64,000 bases of DNA from NCBI GenBank assembly GCA_039796775.1, contig JBDKJD010000002.1, positions 76,574 through 140,573 of the forward strand, given 5' to 3'. Under the pieces are notes generated by a model. The model made no database searches. It was given only the letters and a program-made list of their open reading frames with translations, and was not told where the DNA came from. Position numbers and translations under genes: made by a program. Within the stretch, counting starts at the first letter, position 1. Every line of letters starts with the position of its first letter. Positions 10,285-20,967 of this stretch are shown piece by piece. This stretch comes from Candidatus Parcubacteria bacterium (lineage in GTDB: Bacteria > Patescibacteriota > Minisyncoccia > Phycocordibacterales > UBA5272).

Positions 10285-11214
10285 TTTCCTCGTGTTACAA
10301 TCAACAACATGAAAATAGCTACGTATAATATCCGTAATCTCTACGATGCAGGAACCTTTATTGACGAAAGAGCTGAGAATGCTGTGCATGAAGACCTTTT
10401 TAATACTCGTGTTGCACACTTTTCTTCACTTTTTAAAGAACGTAACGTAGATGTTATATGTTTACAGGAAGTGGGAGGAGAAGAAGGGATTAAGAAAATA
10501 GCAGAAAACATTGGCTACGAATATGTATGTGCTAAACCAAACAAAAGAGGTATAAGAGTCGCTGTTCTCTACAAAAAAGAACACAACAATTCTATCCAAA
10601 CAGAAAGTCTCTCACTCGGAGACCTTCATTTGCCAGCTATTCAAAAAAAGGGTGATACAGATAGTGTTGATCCTATTGCTCAAAGAAGAGATGTACTTGT
10701 TATTGATATCAAAAAAGAAGGCAAGAGGTCAATGCGAATAGTAACCTTTCATCTCAAAAGTCTCATACCAACATATTTAGAAGGGGAAAACGAAGAAGAA
10801 ATGAATGCTCACTCTGATGCTAAGTTCCGTTCAGTGTTGTACAAAATGATGGAATTAAGAGCGCTTAGATCATATACAACCAAAAGCATACAAGAAGGAT
10901 ATGATGTTGTTCTTTTGGGAGACTTCAATGAACATAATAATAGTAGTGGTATAGATATATTGAAAAGTTCAATGCTCGATGATTACAGGTTGTATGATGT
11001 TACTGTCGGATATGCTGGAGATAAGACAACTCATATTCATAGAGGGAACAAGATTACATTTGATACCATCTTAGTATCAAATGGATTAAAAGATTCATAT
11101 TCTCAAGTCATAATCTATAACGAAGGACTCAAAGATTATAGTACGCTACCCCCAGGAGATATAGAATATGTGGTAGAGGCTGATCACGCGATGGTTTCTG
11201 TTTCGATTGATTAA
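10273..11214 (+). CDS. endonuclease/exonuclease/phosphatase (EEP) family protein; alternative start MKIATYN at 10309
   Basis: MKIATYNIRNL, DVICLQEV, LGDFNE motifs. Confidence 0.7.
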   Translation: MSNIFPRVTINNMKIATYNIRNLYDAGTFIDERAENAVHEDLFNTRVAHFSSLFKERNVDVICLQEVGGEEGIKKIAENIGYEYVCAKPNKRGIRVAVLYKKEHNNSIQTESLSLGDLHLPAIQKKGDTDSVDPIAQRRDVLVIDIKKEGKRSMRIVTFHLKSLIPTYLEGENEEEMNAHSDAKFRSVLYKMMELRALRSYTTKSIQEGYDVVLLGDFNEHNNSSGIDILKSSMLDDYRLYDVTVGYAGDKTTHIHRGNKITFDTILVSNGLKDSYSQVIIYNEGLKDYSTLPPGDIEYVVEADHAMVSVSID

Positions 11215-11347
11215 CGATATAAACATATGAAAAAGAAAATAACAGAAACTAAAAAGTCCCCCCTTGAAAGAATTGCGCTTAGTTATTAAATCGTCCAAAA
11301 GATGAATCAGAGGCGAGGTTATTAGGAGGAGAAGGATCTGGCTTTGC

Positions 11348-11803
11348 TTGTGCTTTTGTTTTCTTAAGAAATTTAGAACAGGTGGAATACGTGAGGGGTA
11401 CTCAGCTTTTCCGAAGATGATATGCAGAGACTGTGCGATTGTTCAATATCAAAAAGATAACAGTATTGAAACTTTTAAAGAAGCAGAGATTATGCGTGAT
11501 CGCATGTTTGATATTAATCATAAAATTAATGAGAGCATCTACGAGAGAATGTGTTATATGGAAGAAGTAGATCCTCGTACAGAAAACAAAGAAATTTTTG
11601 AAAAAGCATGCCTTCTGGGTAATGCCTTTTGGAATGATTTGGATAAAGATTTTAAAAAAGAATTAGAAGAAGAGAGGGACGCGCGAGTTCTTACATTTAT
11701 AGCGCACGATCTAGCAGAAGGTGCGCTCGATGACTTTCTTGATTTTGCAGAAAAAATGGAAAAGAAAGAGAAAAAAAGTTTTAACAAAATGTGCATAAGT
11801 TAA
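11348..11803 (+). CDS. hypothetical protein (true start probably internal)
   Basis: ORF only. Confidence 0.25.
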   Translation: MCFCFLKKFRTGGIREGYSAFPKMICRDCAIVQYQKDNSIETFKEAEIMRDRMFDINHKINESIYERMCYMEEVDPRTENKEIFEKACLLGNAFWNDLDKDFKKELEEERDARVLTFIAHDLAEGALDDFLDFAEKMEKKEKKSFNKMCIS

Positions 11804-12008
11804 GAAAAAATAAGACTGATTAAGGGTCGGTCTTTATGCAAAACTCAACAAGCTTAAAGGGGTAATAATTGTTTTCTAAGGGCTCAGCGCTTAAGAAGCC
11901 CTTAGGTCCTATTTTGTATAAGAGATAAACGGGACACGCGAAACAGGGGATGCTTGCAAAATTAAAGAGAGAGAGATACTTAAGAGGTTATTCATTTAAT
12001 TTTTACCT

Positions 12009-12701
12009 ATGGAACAATTTGGATCAAAAGTAGAGGGTTTTCGGGAGCAAGGATCAATTATTGATGGTGACCCAACTAAAGGTACTTTAGAAAAGCCCCT
12101 CAAAAACATTGACGGGTTAATGGAGTCAGCTGACCAGTTAGGAACGTTGCTTGATTCTGAAACATTAGACCGCCTTACTCCAGAAGCACAGAAACAAATC
12201 GCCAAAGCGGTTGAACGCTTTGAGTTAAAAACCAAAGGAACAGTAGCAGGTTTCCAGGAGGCTCTTGCTGCGGCAGGTATTGGGTCTGCTATTGCTGCTA
12301 TTGCTGCTCTTAGCTTGCCTGACCTTCATGCCGCTGGTTATGTTTCACAAGAATCATTTAATAGTGCAGTGTTGTTCTACGAAAGAAACTTGTCTCAAGT
12401 TTTGGATCCTGTGTGGAATACTGTTGCAACAGTTGCCCAAAATTTAGGACTTAAAATAAGCACACACGCAGATATAGATCTCCTTATTCAGCGTAATCAG
12501 TATGAGACCACAAATGACGCACTTCGGTCGTTAACATTTAAAAGTCTTTCTTCCACTAGAGATAGTATATACGCACTCTCTGCTGCTGCGGCAGGCATTA
12601 GTACAGCATCAGCATTTGCGCTCAGTACACTTATCCCCAATAAAGTAAAAAACATGCTAAAGAAAAGAAAAGTAGAGTCCTTGGCATCCGACCTTTATTA
12701 A
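12009..12701 (+). CDS. hypothetical protein, Ala-rich segment
   Basis: ORF only. Confidence 0.3.
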   Translation: MEQFGSKVEGFREQGSIIDGDPTKGTLEKPLKNIDGLMESADQLGTLLDSETLDRLTPEAQKQIAKAVERFELKTKGTVAGFQEALAAAGIGSAIAAIAALSLPDLHAAGYVSQESFNSAVLFYERNLSQVLDPVWNTVATVAQNLGLKISTHADIDLLIQRNQYETTNDALRSLTFKSLSSTRDSIYALSAAAAGISTASAFALSTLIPNKVKNMLKKRKVESLASDLY

Positions 12702-12716
12702 TATAATAACAACACT

Positions 12717-12932
12717 ATGGTACAGAATATAAAAGATCAGTTACTAGCTTCCTTTGAGTCTATAGTTTTAGAGATAAAAAAACTTTCACCAGAAGAACAG
12801 GAAAAGTTTTTGTCTGCTTCGAATGATTATACGAGCAATATGTTGATGCACATAGAAGAGCTGAAACGAGAAGTCCAAGATATTGTAGAAAAAGCTCGCA
12901 TAGAAGAACTAGCGTCTAAGCTGGAATCATAA
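12717..12932 (+). CDS. small coiled-coil hypothetical protein
   Basis: ORF, charged heptad-like sequence. Confidence 0.25.
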   Translation: MVQNIKDQLLASFESIVLEIKKLSPEEQEKFLSASNDYTSNMLMHIEELKREVQDIVEKARIEELASKLES

Positions 12933-13226
12933 AAATAAGTAGCAGTGTTTAATTTAAAAAATTTTGAAAGAAGTCTATTATATCCCACTACTGTTTTGTT
13001 ATGGTCATAGAGCATAGCGGGGTGTGCTGCTATGCTCTATAGTTTACAACATTTAATTTGAGATGGGTTCTAGAAATGCTATACTGAAGTTAGACAAAAC
13101 GCTCACAGAAGAAAAATTACACTAACATTTAATTATGAGACATGAAGTCTCTCAGATAAGTGATGTTTTGTAAGAAGTCTAAAATTGTCCTATTAACATT
13201 TGAGCGTTTAAATACGCATAGGAGTT

Positions 13227-13802
13227 ATGATGTCTAGTTCTTTTTTACGATTCGACATAACTGAAGACGATACTGGTTTGCTTCAAAATAAGCAACTTGA
13301 TCAGGTGATAGCATTGGTTCCCTTCATCCTGTTTTTCTTCATAGGAGTGGTTGCGGTTATGACTAAGGGGGACTTCAGTGGTTACAAGAGCACAGTAGAG
13401 AGCACTTTCGCATTCTGTGTTTACGTCTTTTTCACGTTTGGGTGGGTTTTTCAAATTCGAAAAAAAGATTTTCTGATTCAGTTTCTAAAAAAAGATCAAG
13501 CGGAAGGTATTGCTAAAAAATCTTTTTGCCAACAGCTTCTTCTTTATGATCTCACCAACCCCTTCAACTTTTTTGCCAAGCAGATTTTGGTTGAGCTTGG
13601 GCAGAATAATTCCTGTACCCAAGCATATATCGCTTATATGAATGCGATGAAGGAAGCTATCAATGACCTTGAGAGTGTTGATTTAGGAAAAGCTGAATCT
13701 TTGCGTAGAGTGCTCATGAATACATCTGGGTACAAGCAAGCAATGATTTTTGCTGACAGGTGTCAAGCGAAAACTGGTGGACACCTTCGTGCTGTAGTTT
13801 AA
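13227..13802 (+). CDS. hypothetical membrane protein
   Basis: ORF with 2 TM segments. Confidence 0.3.
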   Translation: MMSSSFLRFDITEDDTGLLQNKQLDQVIALVPFILFFFIGVVAVMTKGDFSGYKSTVESTFAFCVYVFFTFGWVFQIRKKDFLIQFLKKDQAEGIAKKSFCQQLLLYDLTNPFNFFAKQILVELGQNNSCTQAYIAYMNAMKEAINDLESVDLGKAESLRRVLMNTSGYKQAMIFADRCQAKTGGHLRAVV

Positions 13803-13866
13803 GAATCATGAATGCTGCGAAACTGATTAAAAGCGCGCACTTGCTACAGGTGAGCGCTTTTTCTTT

Positions 13867-13895
13867 TTGCGTAAAAGTGTTTTTTGTTGTAGTAT
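13867..13895 (+). promoter_or_regulatory. promoter TTGCGT-N17-TAGTAT, ~200 nt upstream of rpsG
   Basis: Same hexamer pair and spacing as the rpsL and tuf promoters. Confidence 0.35.
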
Positions 13896-14100
13896 GATAA
13901 TCACTCGTTAAAGAGTATTGAAGCAATTACAGAAATAACATCTTGTGGAGTACCCACTGCTTCGGGGAACTACAACACAGGAAAACTAATAAGGATGTAG
14001 GCTATCTTATTTGCGTCGATTTTATTTTTTAAAAAAGAATAAAAATAAAAACGACGTGATTGATTTTTATAGTCGTTACACTCCTTAAAAATCTAATCAT

Positions 14101-14571
14101 ATGCGCCGAAAAGTAAAAAATCGAAACATGGTGGGACCAGATTCTCGCTATAATTCAACAAAAGTTTCTAAGTTTATTAACTATGTAATGATTGGTGGAA
14201 AGAAAACTGTTGCACAAGAGATTGTGTACGGAGCTTTTGATGTCATTAAAGAAAAGTTGAAAACAGAAGACCCTCTCGAAACATTTAATATGGCACTTCA
14301 GAATGCAGGGCCTATAACTGAAGTTCGCTCACGCCGCATCGGTGGAGCTAACTATCAGGTTCCTCGTGAAGTACGCGAGGAGCGTCGCTTTATGCTCGCA
14401 TTTCGTTGGATTATCGATGCCGCGAACGCGAAGAAGGGAAAGGCTATGAAAGATAAGCTTGCAGATGAACTCATCGCAGCTGCGAATAATGAAGGGACAG
14501 CTGTGAAGAAGAAAGACGATACTCACAGAATGGCTGAAGCCAACAAGGCTTTCGCTCACTTTGCTTGGTAG
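14101..14571 (+). CDS. rpsG: 30S ribosomal protein S7
   Basis: Full-length S7-like translation. Confidence 0.95.
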   Translation: MRRKVKNRNMVGPDSRYNSTKVSKFINYVMIGGKKTVAQEIVYGAFDVIKEKLKTEDPLETFNMALQNAGPITEVRSRRIGGANYQVPREVREERRFMLAFRWIIDAANAKKGKAMKDKLADELIAAANNEGTAVKKKDDTHRMAEANKAFAHFAW

Positions 14572-14587
14572 TCTAAAGAAAGAACAC

Positions 14588-14622
14588 AAAAGCACGACCC
14601 TTCGGGTCGTGCTTTTGTGTTC
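14588..14622. terminator. 19-bp-stem hairpin terminator with UUCG tetraloop
   Basis: gaacacaaaagcacgaccc ttcg ggtcgtgcttttgtgttc. Confidence 0.6.
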
Positions 14623-14732
14623 AATTACAACTAATTTTTCTTGCTAGGGTTGGTTTTCTTTTGTACACTAATGTAGTTGCCTAAATATTTTAGGCTTTCC
14701 TTCAATCCAAACACTTTAGAAAGGGTGATGTA

Positions 14733-15320
14733 ATGGATACAATTCGTTTCAGTATAGATGTTGAAGCAGGTGGCGATAATCCTCATGATAGAGCTCTCCT
14801 AGAGATCGGAATAAGTGTCGTAGGGGATGAATCTCAAGCTTTTGAGATCATGTTCAAACCGGACCCTCTTCCTTTTGACCGCCACGCTCTAGGTGCGATT
14901 CGTAGGCCAATCAAAGAGTTTATCGAGAAAGGAGTTGATTTAGTCATCGGTATCAATCAGATGCTCGATTGGATAGATCAAACATCAGTAGGTAGGAAAA
15001 TTGAATTCGTTGGGCTCAACATGCCCTATGATTGGATGTTCTTTAAAGTCTGTGTTGCAAAAGTGAGAGCGGTTAACACTCTCCCACATAAAGCATATGA
15101 TATTCCATCATACGGGGCGGGAGTATTCGGGGTACCTCTTTCAGAAGTCGGGGATAAGCGACTTATTAAAGAGATGATGGTTCGACGCCCTGAGCTTGTG
15201 TCTAAATATTCCCTATATAAATACGATTCACGTTGTCATACTGGGTTAGATGATGCCAAGTACCAAGGAAGACTCCTGCTTGCACTTGAGGAATACGCAA
15301 GTGTTTGGTCTAAGCTTTGA
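14733..15320 (+). CDS. DEDD-family 3'-5' exonuclease (DnaQ/RNase T-like)
   Basis: Exo I DVEAGG, Exo II YDWMFF, Exo III HTGLDDAKYQGRLL motifs. Confidence 0.55.
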   Translation: MDTIRFSIDVEAGGDNPHDRALLEIGISVVGDESQAFEIMFKPDPLPFDRHALGAIRRPIKEFIEKGVDLVIGINQMLDWIDQTSVGRKIEFVGLNMPYDWMFFKVCVAKVRAVNTLPHKAYDIPSYGAGVFGVPLSEVGDKRLIKEMMVRRPELVSKYSLYKYDSRCHTGLDDAKYQGRLLLALEEYASVWSKL

Positions 15321-15446
15321 TTGCCCAAAGACCGCTTTTGTGGTAGGATTATTCCTACTGCAAACGCGGTTTTTTCTTTTCACAAAGAACGAATTCGCGA
15401 AGCGAATTCGTTCCCAACTAACAACAATTAACTATTAACTATCCAT

Positions 15447-17591
15447 ATGGCTCGCGATTATCCACTCAACAAAACTCGTAACTTCGGTGTTATTGCTCAC
15501 ATCGACGCTGGTAAGACCACAACTACCGAGCGTATTCTTTTCTATACAGGTGTTTCTCATAAGATTGGTGAAGTGCACGATGGTGCGACAGTGATGGACT
15601 GGATGGAGCAAGAGCGTGAGCGTGGTATCACTATCACGTCTGCTGCTACAACCGCATTCTGGAGTCCTACATATATGGACAGTAAAGATATTTCCAAGAA
15701 GTGTCGTTTTAACATCATCGACACCCCAGGGCACATCGACTTTACAATCGAAGTTAAGCGTTCACTTCGTGTTCTTGACGGTGCGGTAGTTGTATTTGAT
15801 GGAGTAGCGGGAGTCGAGCCACAATCAGAAACCAACTGGAGATATGCGTCTGATGCTATGGTTCCGCGTATTTGTTATATCAACAAGCTCGACCGTATGG
15901 GAGCTAATTATGACAGAAGTTTCAATTCAATCCTTGATCGCCTCTCAAAGAAAGCTGTCAAAATGCATATGCCTCTTGGTGAAGAAGAAAATTTTGACGG
16001 CATTATAGATCTTCTCACAATGAAGGAAGTTAAGTTTACAGGAGATAAAGGAAAGGATGTTTCTTTCCACGAGATTCAACCTGAGCATCTAGAAGAAGCC
16101 AAGACTCGTCGTGCTGAAATGATCGAGAAGATTGTTGAAACTGACGAGAATATGATGACTGCATACTTAGAAGGTAAGGAATTTTCTCTCGAAGAGTTGA
16201 AGGCAACAATTCGTAAAGCAACTATTGCCAACGAACTTTTCCCAGTATTTTGTGGTTCATCACTTAAGAATCGTGGAGTACAGTTAGTACTCGACGCTGT
16301 TGTTGATTATCTCCCTTCCCCGCTTGATATTGCTGCACCTAAAGGAACAGACCCAAATACCGGAGAACAAGTTGAGTTAGAAGTTTCAGATACAGCACCA
16401 TTTGCTGCGCTCGCTTTTAAGTCTATGGCGGATCCATTTGTAGGACAGCTCACCTTCTTCCGCGTATATGCAGGAACTCTCGAAGCTGGTTCATATATTT
16501 ATAACTCTACAAAAGATAAGAAAGAGCGTGTATCTCGCATTCTCCGTATGCATGCCAATGAACGTGAAGAAGTGAAGGTGGTATACGCAGGAGAAATCGC
16601 GGCAGCTGTAGGTCTCAAAGATACGATTACTTCAGATACCATGTGTACTGAAGATAAGCCGGTAGTTCTCGAGAAGATCGTAGTCCCTGAACCAGTAATC
16701 TCAATGCGTGTAGAACCGAAGACAAAAGCCGATCAGGAGAAGATGGGTATTGCGCTATCAAAGCTTGCTATCGAAGACCCAACATTCCGTGTTAATTCAG
16801 ATCCAGAAACAAATGAGACTATCATCGCAGGTATGGGTGAACTTCACTTAGACATCATCGTTGATCGCATGAAGCGTGAGTTCAATGTTGAAGCGGTTAC
16901 AGGTAAACCTCAAGTTGCTTACAAAGAAACAATTCTCGGCTCAGCTTCAGGAGAAGGAAAATATATTAAGCAGTCAGGTGGTCGTGGTCAATATGGACAT
17001 TGTAAAATCAATATTAAACCTATCGACTATTCTATCGCTACTGAAGATCTTCCAAAGAATGTGAAGCGTTACGATAATTTTGAATTTATTAACTCGATCA
17101 AGGGTGGTGTTATTCCACAAGAATTCGTACCAGCTGTAGAAAAGGGTCTACGTGAATCCATGGATCGTGGTACGCTCGCTGGGTTCAAGATGGTAGATGT
17201 ATCATGCGAAGTGTATGATGGATCATTCCACGAAGTCGACTCTTCAGAAATCGCCTTTAAGCTTGCAGCTGGAATGGCTCTCGCTGACGCTGTATCAAAA
17301 GCAAAGCCAGTTATTCTTGAACCAATCATGAAAGTGGAAATCGTTACCCCTGATAAGTTCTATGGAGACATTACAGGCAACATTTCTTCAAAGCGTGGAC
17401 AGATTGAGTCTATGGGTGAACGAGGAATGGATAAGGTCGTTAACGCTATGGTGCCACTTTCTGAAATGTTCGGATATGTTAATAACCTTCGTTCAATGAC
17501 AGAAGGACGTGCGACATTCACTATGGAATTCGGGAAGTATGATGTGGTGCCTTCTAATATCGCAAAAGAAATTGCAGAAAACAAGAAGTAA
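15447..17591 (+). CDS. fusA: elongation factor G
   Basis: [13 protein letters not shown]1 motif onward, full-length EF-G. Confidence 0.97.
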   Translation: MARDYPLNKTRNFGVIAHIDAGKTTTTERILFYTGVSHKIGEVHDGATVMDWMEQERERGITITSAATTAFWSPTYMDSKDISKKCRFNIIDTPGHIDFTIEVKRSLRVLDGAVVVFDGVAGVEPQSETNWRYASDAMVPRICYINKLDRMGANYDRSFNSILDRLSKKAVKMHMPLGEEENFDGIIDLLTMKEVKFTGDKGKDVSFHEIQPEHLEEAKTRRAEMIEKIVETDENMMTAYLEGKEFSLEELKATIRKATIANELFPVFCGSSLKNRGVQLVLDAVVDYLPSPLDIAAPKGTDPNTGEQVELEVSDTAPFAALAFKSMADPFVGQLTFFRVYAGTLEAGSYIYNSTKDKKERVSRILRMHANEREEVKVVYAGEIAAAVGLKDTITSDTMCTEDKPVVLEKIVVPEPVISMRVEPKTKADQEKMGIALSKLAIEDPTFRVNSDPETNETIIAGMGELHLDIIVDRMKREFNVEAVTGKPQVAYKETILGSASGEGKYIKQSGGRGQYGHCKINIKPIDYSIATEDLPKNVKRYDNFEFINSIKGGVIPQEFVPAVEKGLRESMDRGTLAGFKMVDVSCEVYDGSFHEVDSSEIAFKLAAGMALADAVSKAKPVILEPIMKVEIVTPDKFYGDITGNISSKRGQIESMGERGMDKVVNAMVPLSEMFGYVNNLRSMTEGRATFTMEFGKYDVVPSNIAKEIAENKK

Positions 17592-17634
17592 TATATCTAG
17601 AGCACAGAACGTAGAACATAGAATGTAGAAATAC

Positions 17635-17672
17635 AACAAAGCGCGGCACCGTAGGTGCCGCGCTTTGTGTGT
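17635..17672. terminator. terminator after fusA, GUAG tetraloop
   Basis: caaagcgcggcacc gtag gtgccgcgctttg. Confidence 0.6.
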
Positions 17673-17717
17673 TGTATAACTTTTTCTGTTACCTCCCCCC
17701 CCCGCACAAGCTAACGA

Positions 17718-17909
17718 TTAAGCATTCGCTTTCACGTAATTCACTAGTTGCACTACACCTGATGCGCCGACGAGAAGATATACCAATTGTTCAACAGATG
17801 GCATTCCTCCCAAAAGCATAGAAACGACATTAAATCCTAAAGCACTCAACCCCCAATTCAAAGCTCCTACAATAACAAGCACATACGTAATTGTTTGTAA
17901 TGATTTCAT
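17718..17909 (-). CDS. DUF378-family small membrane protein
   Basis: VGALNWGLSALGFNVVS matches the DUF378 signature. Confidence 0.55.
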   Translation of the reverse strand: MKSLQTITYVLVIVGALNWGLSALGFNVVSMLLGGMPSVEQLVYLLVGASGVVQLVNYVKANA

Positions 17910-18050
17910 AGAGAATTATTTTGTAACTTATGATAATTAATGCACTCCACTAATAAGTATATCGTTTTTGAACATAAAAAAGACCTACTATTCACATTTT
18001 CATCCTTCTGTGTCTTATCCAAAAGATAATCGAGGCTATATACTATACGT

Positions 18051-19652
18051 ATGAAAAAACTAGTACTTTCTATTCTCTTTGTTATGAGTACGACGCATAC
18101 TCTCTTCGCGTCTTCTTGTGTTGACATCACCAAAAATCTTTTTCGTAGAGATGAGAATTCAGACGTTCTTTTATTACAAAACTTTTTATCCCAAGAAGGA
18201 TATTTAAAAGCCACCCCCAATGGTTATTATGGTGCAGGAACATTCGCTGCTGTACGAGGGTTTCAAAAAGATAATGGCATATCTCAGACAGGTGCAGCAG
18301 GGAGATTAACGAGAGCAAAGATCAAAAGCATCACATGTACATCTCAGACTACAACTACTACATCACCCTTAACCAATAAAACCGTTACTGCCGAATCAGT
18401 TAGTAAAACAGTAGCCGTAATTCCTCAAAAAGAAACCATTACAACAAAACCACTTTCACATAATGAGGTTCGGTTCCGTGATAGCGAGAGAATATTAGTA
18501 GCGCTCTATAATGCTTTTAAAGATAGAGGAGGGGTATGGCCTGTAGCGATTTCTACATCATCTCCACTTGAGTTGTGTGTTGAGCCGCGTAGAAGAGAGA
18601 TGGAAGTTATGGCATTTGCGACTGACACTGCTCAAACAGTCAAAACACCAGATTCAAAATGCAAAGAGTATATAGATGTCTCATATCTTGAACCTAATTA
18701 TTTCTCTGTCACACCGAGAGATCCAAGTCTTTCTACAAGTAGTATCGCTCTCGGATACACTATTTCACGTGGTGAATACGGTGATATAACTATAGCTCCA
18801 AAAAAGACTGACAACGGTGAACATATAAAAGTACGTTGTTCTTTTAATGGTTCTTGCAAAAGCGTGACACGTCTTAACAAAGAAGAGTACAACACACCTT
18901 ATCTTGAACGCTTACAAAGAAATACTTTCATCGCAGATTCTATTCAAAAAGAAGGTGTGATCATCTACGGGCGTAATCTAAATGCTACCAATACGCTCAT
19001 TATTCAGTCAAAAACTACTCAAAGAATCTACACAGCTCAAGCATCAACGTCTGTTGATATAAAAAATCGTTCAACTCAAGCTATTATTCCAGCTTCAATA
19101 ACGAGAGACATGTTGTCATGTGGTGTCGGGTGTAGAGAAAAGCTTCCAGTTGGAGATTACTCCCTTCAAGTGAGCAATGAAGGAGGCAAGAGTGATTTTG
19201 TATACTTCTCTGTGAGAGCTTTTACTACAAGTACATTATCTCTTCGCGCTAATACAAGCGCGCCACCTAATACTAATTCAGTCAAACTCGCGACTGTGTC
19301 AGTAAGTAGCGGTGTACCGCTTGTGCTTAAATCTTTAGTACTCACATCATCCACTACCCCATTTGTCGGTACATCTACGCCAAACACAGCATCTAAGATC
19401 ACTAATTTCAAACTAATAGACGCGGTGAGTGGATCTTCAATTACAGGAAGCGGGCTCACATTTACTTTGGGTGATATTCAATTAATAGAAAACAGCTCAC
19501 GATTCTATGATATTTCTGCCGCTATTGGAGACATCCTAGTTCAAGATTCAGCATTTATGACGTATGGAGGCAAGTTCGTTGTTAAGGATACACTCACTGG
19601 AGCCGAGTTTGATTTACCAATAAAAGAATTCTCTTTCTCAGTATCTCCATAA
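18051..19652 (+). CDS. secreted cell-surface protein: signal peptide, Cys-bracketed PG_binding_1-like domain, Thr/Ser-rich C-terminal region (paralog 1)
   Basis: MKKLVLSILFV signal; DVLLLQNFLSQEGYL...GAGTFAAVRGFQKDNGISQTGAAGRLT. Confidence 0.55.
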   Translation: MKKLVLSILFVMSTTHTLFASSCVDITKNLFRRDENSDVLLLQNFLSQEGYLKATPNGYYGAGTFAAVRGFQKDNGISQTGAAGRLTRAKIKSITCTSQTTTTTSPLTNKTVTAESVSKTVAVIPQKETITTKPLSHNEVRFRDSERILVALYNAFKDRGGVWPVAISTSSPLELCVEPRRREMEVMAFATDTAQTVKTPDSKCKEYIDVSYLEPNYFSVTPRDPSLSTSSIALGYTISRGEYGDITIAPKKTDNGEHIKVRCSFNGSCKSVTRLNKEEYNTPYLERLQRNTFIADSIQKEGVIIYGRNLNATNTLIIQSKTTQRIYTAQASTSVDIKNRSTQAIIPASITRDMLSCGVGCREKLPVGDYSLQVSNEGGKSDFVYFSVRAFTTSTLSLRANTSAPPNTNSVKLATVSVSSGVPLVLKSLVLTSSTTPFVGTSTPNTASKITNFKLIDAVSGSSITGSGLTFTLGDIQLIENSSRFYDISAAIGDILVQDSAFMTYGGKFVVKDTLTGAEFDLPIKEFSFSVSP

Positions 19653-19656
19653 GAAC

Positions 19657-19974
19657 ATGAAAACCTTTAGCCAAAGAGTGGTAGAAGCAGCACTTTCTAT
19701 TCCAGAAGGTCGTGTTACTACCTACGGGAGACTCGCTCGTGCGTGCGGCGCAGGTCAAATGGCATCACAATCAATTACAGGGATTTTAGCTAAGGCATAT
19801 AAGGAAGGTGAGAAAAACATCCCATTTCATCGCATCGTTTACGCAAACGGTACTATATGGATAAATGACGAATATAAAACTAAGCGCATGAAGCTTTATA
19901 AAAAAGAAGGTATCGAAGTAGACGACAAAGGAAAGATAAAGAATTTTGAAGAAAGGTTGTTTGAGTTCATCTAA
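19657..19974 (+). CDS. alkyltransferase-like (ATL) protein, MGMT DNA-binding domain with active-site Cys replaced (PFHRIV)
   Basis: TYGRLARACGAGQMASQSITGIL...IPFHRIVYANG aligns to the Ogt C-terminal domain; PCHR replaced by PFHR. Confidence 0.6.
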   Translation: MKTFSQRVVEAALSIPEGRVTTYGRLARACGAGQMASQSITGILAKAYKEGEKNIPFHRIVYANGTIWINDEYKTKRMKLYKKEGIEVDDKGKIKNFEERLFEFI

Positions 19975-20054
19975 AGTCAGCATAAAAAGCTTGCCAAATC
20001 GAAGAGAGAGATTTAAAGGTGTCAGTTTAATCAATAATTAAAGTATCTCATTGT

Positions 20055-20546
20055 ATGGAAGGATTTAATATGTCAAAACAAGAATTGCAAAGACCTGGTG
20101 AAAATTCTTTTGAGGAAGCTGACCAGCTTAGTCTTGTGAGATCAAAAGAAGAAAACAGAAAATATAATGAGTTACTAATCAGTGAATTCAAAGATTTTAA
20201 ATCTGGCGATGAAATAACTGTTCGTATAATAACCGAAGTTTATGACACAGATGATAACAGCAGTGGTGGTTCTTACCATACTCATTATTCGTATGTAAAG
20301 ATGTTTTTTGACAAAGTCGCCACAGCAGATAATCGAGTCGTTTTGTATGGTTTTGATTATGAATTTGAAAGAAACAGTGCTCATGAAAAAGAGAAGAAGG
20401 GGCTTTCTTTTTATATTGATAAGAACGCTATTGGTAATTTAGGATCAGTTGAAGTTCTTCCTGGTTTTCTTACAGATGAGCAATTTGAAAAGGTGCTAGA
20501 GTTTGATCCTGGTATCGAAGAAGATAAATATCTTACAGATAAATAA
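20055..20546 (+). CDS. acidic hypothetical protein
   Basis: ORF only. Confidence 0.3.
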   Translation: MEGFNMSKQELQRPGENSFEEADQLSLVRSKEENRKYNELLISEFKDFKSGDEITVRIITEVYDTDDNSSGGSYHTHYSYVKMFFDKVATADNRVVLYGFDYEFERNSAHEKEKKGLSFYIDKNAIGNLGSVEVLPGFLTDEQFEKVLEFDPGIEEDKYLTDK

Positions 20547-20802
20547 TTTCTCAGAAGAAACATTAGGAAACTAAAATGGAAACCAAGGGTTTCTGTTTTT
20601 ACATTTTACACAACCCCAAGCTTTTCACGAGAAAAAGCTTTTCGGAGCGCTCGGCGCGAGAAAGAAGGAAGTTTTCAGCAGAAAACTATCCAGTCTTTTT
20701 CGACGGAAAGCTTAAAGAACAAGAAATCTTGTACAGAAATATTGAAATTAGCACCCTCCCCTAACTTCCTGGCGGCCAACTCCTGACTTATGTCTAATGT
20801 AT

Positions 20803-20831
20803 TTGCGTATTTATACAAAATATGATAAGAT
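20803..20831 (+). promoter_or_regulatory. promoter TTGCGT-N17-TAAGAT upstream of tuf
   Basis: Hexamers with 17-nt spacing. Confidence 0.35.
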
Positions 20832-20967
20832 TGCATGACTCACTTAGCAACTACTTTTCTTATTGCTTGGCTAAGTAGTGTGCATTTATTGTTATTTATT
20901 AAAATTTTAATTTAAAGTCCAATACCTCCCAAATATAAGTCGGGACGGCACGACAACACAAAAACAT

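Noticed and set aside
17906-18220. 104-aa minus-strand ORF
   Set aside because: Overlaps the signal-peptide region of the surface-protein gene 18051-19652 on the opposite strand.
20576-20764. 62-aa ORF upstream of tuf
   Set aside because: No SD and Arg/Lys-rich low-complexity; the region more likely holds the tuf promoter and leader.
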